The notes under the pieces are model-generated. The model saw nothing but the letters and a program-made list of their open reading frames with translations, searched no databases and had not been told where the DNA came from. A DNA stretch of 64,000 bases from an uncultured Muribaculaceae bacterium. GTDB lineage: Bacteria > Bacteroidota > Bacteroidia > Bacteroidales > Muribaculaceae. The position numbers and the translations under genes were made by a program. The stretch lies in contig CANQRV010000005.1 of NCBI GenBank assembly GCA_947626355.1, positions 7,573 through 71,572 of the forward strand, in the 5' to 3' direction. Of this stretch, positions 34,686 to 45,771 are shown piece after piece (the stretch's first letter is position 1; every line of letters starts with the position of its first letter).

Positions 34686-37156
34686 TGAAGACCATAGCCG
34701 CGGCCGCCCTCCTGCTGACGGGCGCCACGGCCTCGGCAGCGCCCGCGCAGTGGCGCTCCCATCCGACATTCGACACCAATGTAACCCATCTTGTCGACAC
34801 CCCCGACGTGCTATATATCCTGGCGCGTCCGCAGCGCTTCGATTCCGGCGTCTCCTATCTGGCGTCGGAGATCTACTCCCTCTTCGCCTTCGACAAAGAG
34901 GCCGGAGAGATGCGCCCGTACTCCATCGACAACTACCTCTCGGCTCCGCTAATCGCCAAGGCCGCCTACAACTCCGCCAAAGACTATCTCCTGCTCGTCT
35001 ACTCCGACTCCAACATCGACCTGCTCTATGCCGACGGCCACACCGTCAACATCCCCGGGCTGATGTCGGCGAGCCTCTCCACCGGCAAGAATGTCAACAG
35101 CATCACATTCGACCCGGAGAAGTCGCGGGCCTATCTGGCCACCGACTTCGGATATGTGGCGCTCAACGACGAGAAGGGAGAGATCGCCGAGTCGCGCATA
35201 TACGGCTCGCCGCTGCGCTCGGCTGCCCGCAGCGGCGACCTCATGCTGCTGCTCGACGACGACGGACGCCTGCTCTACGCTCCGGCCTACTCGCCGCGCC
35301 TCTCGCTCAGCGACTACAGGCAGGGCGATGAATATCCGCAAGCCGACACCTTCCTTCCGCTCGACGGCGCCCTCTGCGCACTGACGCAGCCCGGAGCCCC
35401 CTCCGACGCCGTGGTGCTGCTGCAGACCGACGGGAGCGTCCCGGCAGAGAGATCGCGCATCTCCGCCGGCATCGTCAATGTGGAGAAGACGCGCGACGGC
35501 TGGCTGATCACCTCCGGCTCATCACTTATCGCCCTGAAAGGCGACGGCTCATATTCCTCCATACCACGCCAGGGCGACGACGAAGGGCTTGTGGCCTCCT
35601 CATTCGATGGGGTGGAATACTGGTTCTCGGTGCCGCGTAAAGGCGTGCGCAGCAAGAAGCTCGGCGGCGAGGCGACATGGACCCTCACCCGCGACCTCAT
35701 ACACCCCGACGCGCCGGCTCCGTTTATCGCCAACGCCATGGCATACTCCCCGCAGTGGGGCACCATGGTGGTGAACCACGGCTACGACATGAACTTCACA
35801 GGCAATTCCTCGCCGGAGCCCATCCTCCTCAGCCTCTACAAAGACGGAGAATGGACCGACTACGGCCCCGCCTACCTCAATCCGGAGCAGGAGCGCGTGA
35901 TGTGGAACCCGATAGGACTCGCCCCGGACCCCTCCGACCCGTCAAAGGTGTTTTTCGGCTCCGTGATCCACGGCATCGTGCGCCTCAACCTCGACGACCC
36001 GCAGGATATCCTCCACCTCTCCCGCGCCAACGACCCGACCAGACACCTCCCCGGATTCGTGGAGGTGTCAGAGGTGATGGACGCCTGGAGCGCGATGTGC
36101 CACTTCTCCGCCCCTAAGTTCGACAGCAAGCGTACGATGTGGTCATCGTTCAACAACATGAACCTCAGTCCGAGACGCCTGCAGCTCTGGTACTGGCCCG
36201 AGGCCGACCGACTCGCCTCCACCTCCGCCTCCTCCTACCGCCCTATGGGAATCCTATCAGTGGAGGGCTCTGAATCATCTAACTTCGACATGCTCCTGCC
36301 GCTTGTCTCCAACGGCCACTCCAATATACTCGTACACGCCGGTGGTCTCGCGGGGCCCATCACCGTAATCGACCATAACGGCACTCCCGACGACACCTCC
36401 GACGACCGCGTGGCGCGCATCCAGAACAAGCCCTACGACCAGGACGGGCTGCCGGTGGAGTGGTATCAGATACAGTGCCTGCATGAAGACACGTCGACCG
36501 GCCTCGTGTGGGTGGGCACCAACTTCGGCGTCTTCACCTTCTCTCCCGACCGCATCTTCGACGCTCCTGACAACGTGACACGCATCAAGGTGGCCCGTAA
36601 CGACGGCACCGGCCTCGCCGACTACCTGCTCAACGAAGTGTCGGTCAACTGCATCACCGCCGATGACAGCGGCCGGAAGTGGTTTGCCACCTCCGGCGCC
36701 GGCATCGTCTGCACCAGCTCCGACGGCCGCACCATCGTCTCCGAACACACCACCGACACCGACCGCATGCCCGACGACGTGGTCTACAGCATCGTCTACA
36801 ATCCCGACACACGCAGCATCATGGCCTCCACCGCCAAAGGAATCGCCGAGCTGATGGTGCAGGGAGGGGCCGGCGGCGAGGGCTCCTCGTCGGTGCGCAT
36901 CATGCCCAATCCCGTCGGCCCCGACTACTACGGCTACGTGGAGATCGACGGGCTTCCCGACAACGCGCTGGTGAAGATCGTAGACGGCGCCGGCTCGCTC
37001 GTGAAGGAGCTCGGACGCGCCGAAGGGGGCTCCGCGCAGTGGGACACCACCAATCTCAACCAGCGCAAGGTGAGGAGCGGCGTCTACTACGTGCTCGTCT
37101 CGGGCCCGGAAGGTTCGGGCGAGTCGAATGCCGGCAAGGTGCTCATAGTAAGATAA
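34682..37156 (+). CDS. porZ: Type IX secretion system protein PorZ (two beta-propellers plus CTD)
   Basis: Signal peptide, two-component-propeller-like repeats, PNPVGPDYYG CTD start, SGVYYVLV...GKVLIVR end; HAM1 neighbour as recalled for Porphyromonas. Confidence 0.8.
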   Translation: MMKTIAAAALLLTGATASAAPAQWRSHPTFDTNVTHLVDTPDVLYILARPQRFDSGVSYLASEIYSLFAFDKEAGEMRPYSIDNYLSAPLIAKAAYNSAKDYLLLVYSDSNIDLLYADGHTVNIPGLMSASLSTGKNVNSITFDPEKSRAYLATDFGYVALNDEKGEIAESRIYGSPLRSAARSGDLMLLLDDDGRLLYAPAYSPRLSLSDYRQGDEYPQADTFLPLDGALCALTQPGAPSDAVVLLQTDGSVPAERSRISAGIVNVEKTRDGWLITSGSSLIALKGDGSYSSIPRQGDDEGLVASSFDGVEYWFSVPRKGVRSKKLGGEATWTLTRDLIHPDAPAPFIANAMAYSPQWGTMVVNHGYDMNFTGNSSPEPILLSLYKDGEWTDYGPAYLNPEQERVMWNPIGLAPDPSDPSKVFFGSVIHGIVRLNLDDPQDILHLSRANDPTRHLPGFVEVSEVMDAWSAMCHFSAPKFDSKRTMWSSFNNMNLSPRRLQLWYWPEADRLASTSASSYRPMGILSVEGSESSNFDMLLPLVSNGHSNILVHAGGLAGPITVIDHNGTPDDTSDDRVARIQNKPYDQDGLPVEWYQIQCLHEDTSTGLVWVGTNFGVFTFSPDRIFDAPDNVTRIKVARNDGTGLADYLLNEVSVNCITADDSGRKWFATSGAGIVCTSSDGRTIVSEHTTDTDRMPDDVVYSIVYNPDTRSIMASTAKGIAELMVQGGAGGEGSSSVRIMPNPVGPDYYGYVEIDGLPDNALVKIVDGAGSLVKELGRAEGGSAQWDTTNLNQRKVRSGVYYVLVSGPEGSGESNAGKVLIVR

Positions 37157-37173
37157 CCGACCAACAATATACT

Positions 37174-37950
37174 ATGTCGAAAAACAAACTCAAGAAATTC
37201 GCCGATATGGAGACCTTCGGCTGCGTGCTCCAGTATCCGAGGGAGACCGTGGTCGACGGTCAGTTTCCCTACTGTGGGAAATGGCACAGCGACTTCTTCC
37301 ATAACGACAACCCCATAGTGCTCGAGCTTGGATGCGGCAAGGGTGAATACACGGTTGCACTCGCCCGGCGCAACCCCGGCCGCAACTACATCGGCGTCGA
37401 CATCAAGGGGGCCAGGATGTGGACCGGAGCCTCCGCCGCCGAACGCGAGGGGCTGAAGAACGTGGCTTTCCTGCGCACTGAGATCGAGCTCATATCCCTC
37501 TTCTTCGCCCCCGGCGAGGTGGCCGAGATATGGATCACCTTCCCCGACCCGCAGATGAAGAAGGCGCGCAAGCGCCTGACCTCCACCCGCTTCCTCGGGG
37601 ACTACCGCCGCTTCCTGCTCCCCGGCGCCCCCGTCAGGCTCAAGACCGACTCCCCTTTCCTCTTCGAATACACGCGGCGCCTCGCCGAGCTCAACGCCCT
37701 GCCTGTGGCCGAGGTCACCGACGACCTCTACGGCAGCGGCATGGCAGACGCCGAGACCTCGATCAAGACCTACTACGAGTCGCAGTGGCTCTCGCGCGGC
37801 AAGAAGATAAAGCTCATCTCCTTCTCCATCCCTGAGGAGGCCCCCGCCCTCGCCGAGCCACGCGAGGACGACATAGAGCGCGACGACTACCGCGCCTATA
37901 CGCGACACACCGTCTTCGACCTCCCCGACGACATCAGACCTGAATTGTAG
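37174..37950 (+). CDS. trmB: tRNA (guanine-N7)-methyltransferase
   Basis: LELGCGKGEY, IGVDIKGAR, WITFPDPQMK and KTYYESQWL motifs. Confidence 0.95.
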   Translation: MSKNKLKKFADMETFGCVLQYPRETVVDGQFPYCGKWHSDFFHNDNPIVLELGCGKGEYTVALARRNPGRNYIGVDIKGARMWTGASAAEREGLKNVAFLRTEIELISLFFAPGEVAEIWITFPDPQMKKARKRLTSTRFLGDYRRFLLPGAPVRLKTDSPFLFEYTRRLAELNALPVAEVTDDLYGSGMADAETSIKTYYESQWLSRGKKIKLISFSIPEEAPALAEPREDDIERDDYRAYTRHTVFDLPDDIRPEL

Positions 37951-37972
37951 AACCTTCTTATCATATACTGAC

Positions 37973-39028
37973 ATGACACTCTATCCGGCTTTGATCACCA
38001 AAGCGCTCGAGAACGTGAAATACCCCGGCAACGGCAAGTCGCTGGTGGAAAACGGCATGATAGCCGACGACATACGCATCAACGGCAACAAGGTGGAATT
38101 CTCCATCATCTTCGACAAATCGACCGACCCCTTCATCCGCTCGGTGGTGAGGGCGGCGGAGACCGCCATACTCACCTATGTGTCACCCGACGTGGAGATC
38201 AAGGGCAACATCCATGCGGCCTTCCGCAAGGAGCCTGAGCAGCAGCAGGATCCGCTGCCCGGTGTGAGAAACATCATCGGCATCTCCTCCGGCAAGGGCG
38301 GAGTGGGCAAGAGCACTGTCTCGGCCAATCTCGCCGTGGCGCTGGCCCGCAAGGGATACCGTGTGGGTCTGCTCGACGCCGACATCTTCGGCCCCTCGAT
38401 GCCGAAGATGTTCGGCGTGGAAGACGAACAGCTGTATATGGTGAACCAGGACGGCCGCGACTGGATCGAGCCAGTGGAGAAATATGGCGTGAAGATGCTC
38501 TCGATCGGTTTTGTGGTCGACAAGGGGAGCGCCGTAATATGGCGCGGCGGCATGGCGAGCAACGCCCTCAAGCAGCTCATCAGCGACGCCTGGTGGGGCG
38601 ACCTCGACTATTTCCTCATCGACATGCCCCCGGGCACGAGCGACATCCATCTGACACTGGTGCAGACCCTGAAGCTCGACGGAGCGATTGTGGTGACCAC
38701 CCCGCAGGAGGTGGCGCTGGCCGACGCCCGCAAGGGTGTCAACATGTTTACCAACGACAAGATCAACGTGCCGGTGCTCGGGCTTGTGGAGAACATGTCG
38801 TGGTTCACTCCCGCTCCGCATCCCGATGAGAAATACTATATCTTCGGCAAGGACGGCGGGAAGCGACTGGCCGAGGAGACCGGCGTGCCCCTGCTGGCAC
38901 AGATTCCCCTCGTGGCCCAGATATGCGAGACCCTCGACTCGGGCAAGCCGTCGGTGATCGACGACGACACTCCGGAATCGAGGGCCTTCAGCGAGCTGGC
39001 CGACAGGCTGGTGGTCTGCCGGCCGTAA
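37973..39028 (+). CDS. mrp: Mrp/NBP35 (ApbC) Fe-S cluster carrier ATPase
   Basis: SSGKGGVGKST, DADIFGPS, IDMPPGTSD, VTTPQEVAL and GLVENMS motifs. Confidence 0.93.
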   Translation: MTLYPALITKALENVKYPGNGKSLVENGMIADDIRINGNKVEFSIIFDKSTDPFIRSVVRAAETAILTYVSPDVEIKGNIHAAFRKEPEQQQDPLPGVRNIIGISSGKGGVGKSTVSANLAVALARKGYRVGLLDADIFGPSMPKMFGVEDEQLYMVNQDGRDWIEPVEKYGVKMLSIGFVVDKGSAVIWRGGMASNALKQLISDAWWGDLDYFLIDMPPGTSDIHLTLVQTLKLDGAIVVTTPQEVALADARKGVNMFTNDKINVPVLGLVENMSWFTPAPHPDEKYYIFGKDGGKRLAEETGVPLLAQIPLVAQICETLDSGKPSVIDDDTPESRAFSELADRLVVCRP

Positions 39029-39031
39029 GGC

Positions 39032-40426
39032 TCAGTTGGTCAGTATGACGTATTCCCAGGGCGCGAGCTTCTCCTGAAGGGAAGCGGGCGCGCCGCTGAA
39101 GTAATTGTGCAAGCCCTGCGTCTGCGGGGCTTCGCCTTTGAATGCCAGCTCGTTCTCCTTCGAACTGAGATTGGCGATTACGGTCACGGTGTCGTTGCCG
39201 TTGCTGCGGGTGAAGGCTATCACCTCGTCGCTGACGGGAGCGTAGAACCTTGTCTGGTTGTCGCCCTCGCGCACGTTGAGCGCGGAGTTGGCGCTCTTCA
39301 GGGCGTTGAGCATCTCATAGAAGGCCGTCACCTCGTTGGCGCCGTAGTCGGGCTGCACACTGTCGGGCTCGAAAAACTCGAAGGCGTGGTTGAAGCCCAC
39401 CTCCTGGCCTGTGTAGAGCATCGGCATGCCGGGCAGTGTATAGCTGAGCACGGCGAAGGCTCCGAGGGCGGGGCCGAAACGCTCCACCTCAGTGCCTTCC
39501 CAGGAATTGAGGTCGTGGTTGGTGACCATGTTCATGTGTACGGCACCTTTCGGGTACTCCCTCTTCTGGCGGTCGATGAGCTTGCGGATGTCGGCGGCAT
39601 TGGTCTTCGGCAGATCCTGCTTCTTCTCCACGGCATAGCTGTTGACGCCCTGGGTGGCGGCGATGGCGTTGAAGACGTCCTTCATGGGCCAGGCGTAGTC
39701 TGCGTCGAAAGCCTTGAGCAGCAGGTCGGGCTTCGAGGCCTCGGCGAGCATGAAGACGGGCTTGATGGCCTGGAGCCGGGGGCGGACCTCCTCCCAGTAG
39801 TCGGTGGGCACCTCTCCGGCCACGTCGCAGCGGTAGCCGTCGATGTCGGCCTCCTCGATCCAGAACTTCAGGGCGTCGGTCATCGCGGCGCGTGTCGCGG
39901 GATTTGAGTAGTCGAGCTTATAGGTGTCGGTCCAGTCGTAGGGGCCATACATCTCCCCCTTCTCGTTGCGGGCGTAATAGTCGGGATGCTCGGTGACCCA
40001 TGCGTTGTCGCGGCCGGTGTGGTTGCAGACCTCGTCAAGGATCACCTTCATTCCGAGGGTGTGGGCCGTGCGCACAAACTCCTTGAGGTCTTCCATAGTT
40101 CCGAACTCGGGGTTTACGGCCTTGTAGTCCTTCACGGCGTAATAGCTTCCGAGGGAACCTTTGCGCCCCTCCTCGCTGATGGGATGGATCGGCATGAGCC
40201 ACACTATGTCGACACCGAGGTCGCGCAGACGGGGCAGCTGGCGTTGGAGGCCGCGGAGGTTCCGCTCGCCTGTGCCCTGGCGCAGGTTGGCCTCGTAGAT
40301 CACGGCGTTGTCCATCCACGCCGGAGCCGGGGAGGCCGCAAGCTGTGAGCCGAGTTCAGCCGCAAAAGACGGCACCGCACACGCCGCTACTATGCACAGC
40401 GTCATCGCAAGTTTTCTTTTTCTCAT
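39032..40426 (-). CDS. Secreted/periplasmic GH13 alpha-amylase
   Basis: Signal peptide; DEVCNH, GYRCDVA (nucleophile), LAEA (acid/base) and TNHD motifs. Confidence 0.9.
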   Translation of the reverse strand: MRKRKLAMTLCIVAACAVPSFAAELGSQLAASPAPAWMDNAVIYEANLRQGTGERNLRGLQRQLPRLRDLGVDIVWLMPIHPISEEGRKGSLGSYYAVKDYKAVNPEFGTMEDLKEFVRTAHTLGMKVILDEVCNHTGRDNAWVTEHPDYYARNEKGEMYGPYDWTDTYKLDYSNPATRAAMTDALKFWIEEADIDGYRCDVAGEVPTDYWEEVRPRLQAIKPVFMLAEASKPDLLLKAFDADYAWPMKDVFNAIAATQGVNSYAVEKKQDLPKTNAADIRKLIDRQKREYPKGAVHMNMVTNHDLNSWEGTEVERFGPALGAFAVLSYTLPGMPMLYTGQEVGFNHAFEFFEPDSVQPDYGANEVTAFYEMLNALKSANSALNVREGDNQTRFYAPVSDEVIAFTRSNGNDTVTVIANLSSKENELAFKGEAPQTQGLHNYFSGAPASLQEKLAPWEYVILTN

Positions 40427-40551
40427 CGTTTACTGATTTTATTCGCTTATTTTCACTAACTTTGCAGATTATTCCGCAACAGCATACAATTATACAAGTA
40501 ATAACGCGATTTTGACGCAAAAAAGTCGAAATCCAACCGAGAATTTTAGAA

Positions 40552-43320
40552 ATGGACTACAACCATCGTGAAATAGAGAGCCGGTGGCAGCAGTATTGGC
40601 GCGACCACGACACCTACAAGGTGGAGGCAAAGCCCGGCAAAAGGAAATTCTACGTGCTCGACATGTTTCCCTACCCCTCGGGAGCGGGCCTTCATGTGGG
40701 GCATCCGCTCGGCTACATAGCCAGCGACATCTACGCCCGCTTCAAGCGTCAGCAGGGCTTCAACGTGCTTCATCCCATGGGCTACGACGCCTACGGCCTT
40801 CCAGCCGAGCAGTATGCCATCCAGACGGGGCAGGCTCCGCAGAAGACCACGGCCGACAACATTGCGCGCTACCGCGAGCAGCTCGACAAGATCGGCTTCT
40901 CGTTCGACTGGAGCCGCGAGGTGCGCACCTGCGACCCCGAATATTACCGCTGGACGCAGTGGGCCTTCATGAAGATGTTCGGCCACTACTACGACCTCGA
41001 CGCCGACAAGGCGCTCCCGATAGATAGGCTGGTGGAGCGTTTCGAAAAAGAAGGCTCGAAAGGCGTCAACGCCGCTGTCTCGAAGGAGGTGGAGTTCACG
41101 GCCGACGAGTGGCGCGCCATGTCGCGCAGGGAGAAGGAGGATATCCTTATGCTCTACCGCCTGGCCTACCGCGCCGAGACGATGGTGAACTGGTGTGAGG
41201 CCCTGGGAACGGTGCTGGCCAACGACGAGGTGTCGGAAGGCGTCTCGGTGCGCGGCGGCTATCCCGTGGAGCAGAAGGTGATGCGCCAGTGGTGTCTGCG
41301 TGTGTCGGCCTACGCGCCCCGTCTTCTCGCCGATCTCGACGCCCTGGAATGGAGCGACAGCCTCAAGGAGACGCAGCGCAACTGGATCGGACGCAGCGAG
41401 GGCGCCGAGATGCGTTTCCCGGTAGCCGGACGCGACTTCTCGCTCGAGATCTTCACCACCCGCGCCGACACAGTCTTCGGCGTTACCTTCATGGTGCTCG
41501 CTCCGGAGTCGGAATATGTGGCTATGCTCACCGCGCCCGACCGCAAGGAGGCCGTGGAGGCATATCTTGAAGAGGTGAAGCATAAGACGGAGCGCGAGCG
41601 CCAGATCGAGAAGAAGGTGAGCGGCGTCTTTACCGGCAGCTACGCCGTGAATCCCCTCACCGGCAAGGAGATTCCCATCTGGGTGAGCGACTATGTGCTC
41701 GCCGGCTACGGCACCGGAGCCATCATGGCTGTGCCCGCCCACGACTCACGCGACTACGCCTTCGCCCGCCATTTCGACCTCCCGATCATTCCCCTGATCG
41801 AGGGCGCAGACGTCTCCGGGGAGAGCTTCGACGCCAAGGAGGGCAGGATGATCAACAGCTGCGGCCCGGGGCTCGACCTCAACGGTCTCGAGGTGAAGGA
41901 AGCCATAGCCAAGACCAAGAAGTTTATCAAGGAGAAGGGTCTCGGCCGCGTGAAGACCAACTACCGACTGCGCGACGCCATATTCTCGCGCCAGAGATAC
42001 TGGGGCGAGCCGTTCCCCGTCTACTACGACTCCGAGGGTGTGGCCTGCCTGCTCCCGGAAAACGCCCTGCCTCTCGAGCTCCCGAAGGTAGACTCCTACC
42101 TTCCCACCTCGAAGGGAGAGCCTCCGTTGGGACGCGCCGAGAACTGGAAGACTCCGGAGGGCTTCCCCCTCGAGCTCTGCACGATGCCGGGCTTCGCCGG
42201 CTCCAGCGCCTACTATCTCCGCTATATGGACCCACACAACCCGGAAGCCCTCGTGGGGCCCGAGGCCGACGAATACTGGCGCGACGTAGACCTCTATGTC
42301 GGCGGCGCCGAGCACGCCACCGGCCACCTTATATATTCCCGCTTCTGGAACAAGTTTCTCTACGACCTTGGCCTCGTGGTTGAGAAGGAGCCTTTCCGCA
42401 AGCTCGTCAATCAGGGCATGATCCAGGGACGGAGCAATTTCGTCTACCGCATCAAGGACACCAACACCTTCGTAAGCCACGGTCTGAAGGGCGACTACGA
42501 CGTGACGCCCATCCGCGTCGACATCAATATGGTGGACGCCGACGTGCTCGACACCGACGCCTTCCGCAAGTGGCGTCCGGAGTTCGTCGACGCGGAGTTC
42601 ATCCTCGAGGACGGCCGCTACGTCTGTGGCTACGCCGTGGAGAAGATGTCGAAGTCGATGTTCAATGTAGTGAATCCCGACGACATCGTGGAGCGCTACG
42701 GCGCCGACACTCTGAGGCTCTACGAGATGTTCCTCGGGCCGGTGGAGCAGTCGAAGCCCTGGGACACCAACGGCATCGACGGCGTCAACCGCTTCCTGCG
42801 CAAGCTGTGGAACCTCTTCGACCGCGCGATGGAAGCCGACAACACCGCCGGGATGACGCCTGAGGAGAAGAAGGTGGTGCATAAGCTTATCAAGAAGGTG
42901 ACGGGCGATATCGCCAATTTCTCGTTCAACACGTCGGTAGCGGCGTTCATGATCGCCGTCAACGACCTGACATCGATGAAGTCGACCAACCGCGAGGCGA
43001 TGGACATCATCACGCGCCTTATCGCGCCGTTCGCGCCGCATATCGCGGAGGAGTTCTGGCACCGTCTCGGTCATGAGGGAAGCGTTGTCGACTCCGAATG
43101 GCCGGAATATGACGAGAGCGCCCTCGTGGAGGCGACGGTGAAATATCCCGTCAGCTTCAACGGCAAGACCCGCTACACAGTCGAGGCTCCCGCGGGCGCC
43201 TCGAAAGAAGAAGTGGAAAAGATCGCCCTCGAGGCGGAGGGAGCCGCGAAGTGGCTCGCCGACAAGACGCCGCGCAAGGTGATAGTCGTTCCCGGCCGCA
43301 TCGTCAACGTCGTGCTCTAA
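40552..43320 (+). CDS. leuS: Leucine--tRNA ligase
   Basis: [24 protein letters not shown] and KMSKS motifs; TAACTTTG at 40457-40464 upstream. Confidence 0.98.
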   Translation: MDYNHREIESRWQQYWRDHDTYKVEAKPGKRKFYVLDMFPYPSGAGLHVGHPLGYIASDIYARFKRQQGFNVLHPMGYDAYGLPAEQYAIQTGQAPQKTTADNIARYREQLDKIGFSFDWSREVRTCDPEYYRWTQWAFMKMFGHYYDLDADKALPIDRLVERFEKEGSKGVNAAVSKEVEFTADEWRAMSRREKEDILMLYRLAYRAETMVNWCEALGTVLANDEVSEGVSVRGGYPVEQKVMRQWCLRVSAYAPRLLADLDALEWSDSLKETQRNWIGRSEGAEMRFPVAGRDFSLEIFTTRADTVFGVTFMVLAPESEYVAMLTAPDRKEAVEAYLEEVKHKTERERQIEKKVSGVFTGSYAVNPLTGKEIPIWVSDYVLAGYGTGAIMAVPAHDSRDYAFARHFDLPIIPLIEGADVSGESFDAKEGRMINSCGPGLDLNGLEVKEAIAKTKKFIKEKGLGRVKTNYRLRDAIFSRQRYWGEPFPVYYDSEGVACLLPENALPLELPKVDSYLPTSKGEPPLGRAENWKTPEGFPLELCTMPGFAGSSAYYLRYMDPHNPEALVGPEADEYWRDVDLYVGGAEHATGHLIYSRFWNKFLYDLGLVVEKEPFRKLVNQGMIQGRSNFVYRIKDTNTFVSHGLKGDYDVTPIRVDINMVDADVLDTDAFRKWRPEFVDAEFILEDGRYVCGYAVEKMSKSMFNVVNPDDIVERYGADTLRLYEMFLGPVEQSKPWDTNGIDGVNRFLRKLWNLFDRAMEADNTAGMTPEEKKVVHKLIKKVTGDIANFSFNTSVAAFMIAVNDLTSMKSTNREAMDIITRLIAPFAPHIAEEFWHRLGHEGSVVDSEWPEYDESALVEATVKYPVSFNGKTRYTVEAPAGASKEEVEKIALEAEGAAKWLADKTPRKVIVVPGRIVNVVL

Positions 43321-43350
43321 AGCATCGCGCACTGACACGACTTGCCCAAT

Positions 43351-43374
43351 GTAGGGATGCACCCCGGTGCATCC
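43351..43374 (+). repeat. GTAG-type REP-like palindrome (type A)
   Basis: GTAG-ggatgcac-cccg-gtgcatcc. Confidence 0.65.
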
Positions 43375-43384
43375 TCCCAAGCAA

Positions 43385-43422
43385 AAAAAGTTCGGTAATC
43401 CGCACGGCTTACCGAACTTTTT
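43385..43422. terminator. Bidirectional intrinsic terminator between leuS and GH3
   Basis: aaaaagttcggtaa / ttaccgaacttttt, 14-bp inverted repeat. Confidence 0.9.
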
Positions 43423-43441
43423 CATTTCTTACCGATATCAA

Positions 43442-45694
43442 TCACTCACTGTCTTTCCAGGTCAGCGGTTGATCGACATCTATCGCGACATTATAGAGGA
43501 TATTGTCGGAGGCGTTGCCTATCAGGATCTCGAATCTGCCCGGCTCGATAGTCCATAGTCTTGTCTCCGGCTCATAGAAAGCGAATGCCGACCTGTCGAA
43601 ATCAAGTTTCGCCTCCCCTGTCTGGCCAGGCTTCAGCCAGACTTTCGAGAAAGCCTTCAACTCTTTCAGCGGGCGATAGACCGAGCTCCTGCAGTCTCTC
43701 ACATAAGCCTGCACCACTTCCGCGCCGTCACGGTCGCCGGTGTTGGTGACCGGCACAGTCACCGTCAGCCCACCGACCCCCGAAAAGCGGTTGGAAGACA
43801 CCGAAGGCTTCCCCATCCTGAAAGTCGTGTAGCTCAAACCGTGCCCGAAAGCATAGTTCACGTGTGAGGGTTTCAGCCTGTCGGTATGGCGGTAGCCTAC
43901 ATCCAGGCCTTCCTTGTAATACACGTCGCCGTTTACGCCGGGATACATCGAGGAATCATTGTCGGCATGGGCGGCATAGTCAGTCAGCTCCCTGGCAAAC
44001 GTCATCGGGAGCTTTCCGGAAGGAGTCACGTCGCCGAACAGCACGTCGGCGATGGCATTTCCGGCCTCCGAACCGATATACCAACCCTGCACGATAGCCG
44101 GCACCCTGTCGCGCCATGGCATCGAATAGGCATTCCCGGTGAGACTGACCACTACCGTGTTGGGATTAGCATCGACAAGAGCCTCGATCACCTCGTCCTG
44201 ACCGTACGGCAGAGAGAAACCGAGACGGTCGGCCCCTTCGGCATCCTGATTGTCGGATTTGTTGAGGCCACCTATGAAAATCACCATATCGGCCTCGCGG
44301 GCCGCACGTGAGGCATCGGCCAAAAGCTGTTCCCGACTGCGGGAGTCATTGAGGTCCTGGCCTGTGGTAACGCCGTTGTATTCACCTGTCACGTCGCCCA
44401 CATACCCACGCTGGTAGTCTACCCCGATACCTCTCGCGGAGGCATGGCTTCGGATTCCCTCGAGAGGAAGGGTCTCGCGCTGCACCTTGAGCGACGACGA
44501 GCCTCCCCCCACCGTCATCATCTTGATGGCGTTCTCACCCACCACAAGGATTTTCCTCACATCATCCGACACCGGTAGAAGGTTGCGGTCGTTTTTCAGC
44601 AACACTATGCCTTCTCCGCCGATACGTCTGGCGGCGGCATAATGTCCGTCGCTGTTCATCTCTCCGAAAGGACGGTCTCTGCGCATCTCGGTGCGCATTA
44701 TCAGCCTCAGCACCCTCGCCGCCTTGTCGTCGAGATCGGACATCGGAAGTTTTCCCTCATTGATCAGTTTCCCGTATGGCTTGGCAAGGTAATAGTCGTC
44801 GTAGGCATTGCTTGCACCCCAGTTAAGGCCGTTGGTCCATGATCCGAACTCCATGTCGAGACCATTGGAGGCCACTTTCTCCGTATTGTGTACGGCGCCC
44901 CAGTCGCTGATGGCCAGGCCGTCGAAATTCCAGTCGTCCTTGAGGATGTCGAGCAGCAGCTTGCGGTTCTCGCAGGCATGGGCGCCGTCGTATTTATTGT
45001 ATCCGGGCATGATCGACCATGCGCAGCCCTCTGTGACGGCGGCCTTGAAGGCGGGAAGATAGATTTCATGGAGGGTGCGGTCGTCGACGAGCACGTTCAC
45101 ATGGTCGCGGTCGGACTCCTGATTGTTGAGCGCATAGTGTTTCACGCAGGCCGCCACTCCGTTATCCTGCACCCCTTTTATATATGGCACCACCATGCGC
45201 GAAGAGAGATACGGATCCTCGCCCATATACTCGAAATTCCTTCCGTTGAGCGGCGTTCGATAGATGTTGACGCCCGGGCCGAGCAATACGTTCTTGTTGC
45301 GGTATCGAGCCTCCTCCCCTATCGACCTGCCGTAGAGGGCCGACATCTCCGGATTCCAGGTGGCGGCAAGGCAGGTAAGGGCCGGAAAGGCCACGCATGA
45401 GTCGTTGGTGGCTCCCGCCTGGGTCCATTCATCCCAGAGCACGTCGGGACGTATGCCGTGAGGGCCGTCGGTACACCATATCCCGGGAATTCCCAACCGC
45501 TGTACACCCGGGGAGCTGAACTTGCTCTGGGCATGGATTATTGCGATCTTCTCGGCGGTCGTCATCCTCGAGAGGGCATCCTTCACCCTGGTTTCGAGCG
45601 GCAACGTATCGTCGAGATATGCCGGTGTACGGGCATGCGTCATACCGGCGGCGCATATCAGAAGCGCCGCTATGGTTTCAAGTCTGGTTTTCAT
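43442..45694 (-). CDS. GH3 beta-glucosidase, secreted
   Basis: TDGPHGIRP, GRNFEYMGEDP, CVKHYALNNQE, ISDWGA (nucleophile) motifs; FN3-like C-terminus. Confidence 0.92.
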   Translation of the reverse strand: MKTRLETIAALLICAAGMTHARTPAYLDDTLPLETRVKDALSRMTTAEKIAIIHAQSKFSSPGVQRLGIPGIWCTDGPHGIRPDVLWDEWTQAGATNDSCVAFPALTCLAATWNPEMSALYGRSIGEEARYRNKNVLLGPGVNIYRTPLNGRNFEYMGEDPYLSSRMVVPYIKGVQDNGVAACVKHYALNNQESDRDHVNVLVDDRTLHEIYLPAFKAAVTEGCAWSIMPGYNKYDGAHACENRKLLLDILKDDWNFDGLAISDWGAVHNTEKVASNGLDMEFGSWTNGLNWGASNAYDDYYLAKPYGKLINEGKLPMSDLDDKAARVLRLIMRTEMRRDRPFGEMNSDGHYAAARRIGGEGIVLLKNDRNLLPVSDDVRKILVVGENAIKMMTVGGGSSSLKVQRETLPLEGIRSHASARGIGVDYQRGYVGDVTGEYNGVTTGQDLNDSRSREQLLADASRAAREADMVIFIGGLNKSDNQDAEGADRLGFSLPYGQDEVIEALVDANPNTVVVSLTGNAYSMPWRDRVPAIVQGWYIGSEAGNAIADVLFGDVTPSGKLPMTFARELTDYAAHADNDSSMYPGVNGDVYYKEGLDVGYRHTDRLKPSHVNYAFGHGLSYTTFRMGKPSVSSNRFSGVGGLTVTVPVTNTGDRDGAEVVQAYVRDCRSSVYRPLKELKAFSKVWLKPGQTGEAKLDFDRSAFAFYEPETRLWTIEPGRFEILIGNASDNILYNVAIDVDQPLTWKDSE

Positions 45695-45700
45695 ATCCTT

Positions 45701-45734
45701 ATCTGTCAACTATCGACATCTGTCAACTATCGAC
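45701..45734. repeat. 17-bp tandem repeat x2 between the two GH3 genes
   Basis: atctgtcaactatcgac at 45701-45717 and 45718-45734. Confidence 0.95.
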
Positions 45735-45771
45735 CTTGATGCCATTGTCTAACCTCCGTATTATCGAGATG

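Noticed and set aside
36679-37173. N-terminal extension of trmB in the ORF track
   Set aside because: Off-frame overlap with porZ; the true start is the ATG at 37174 after an AT-rich spacer
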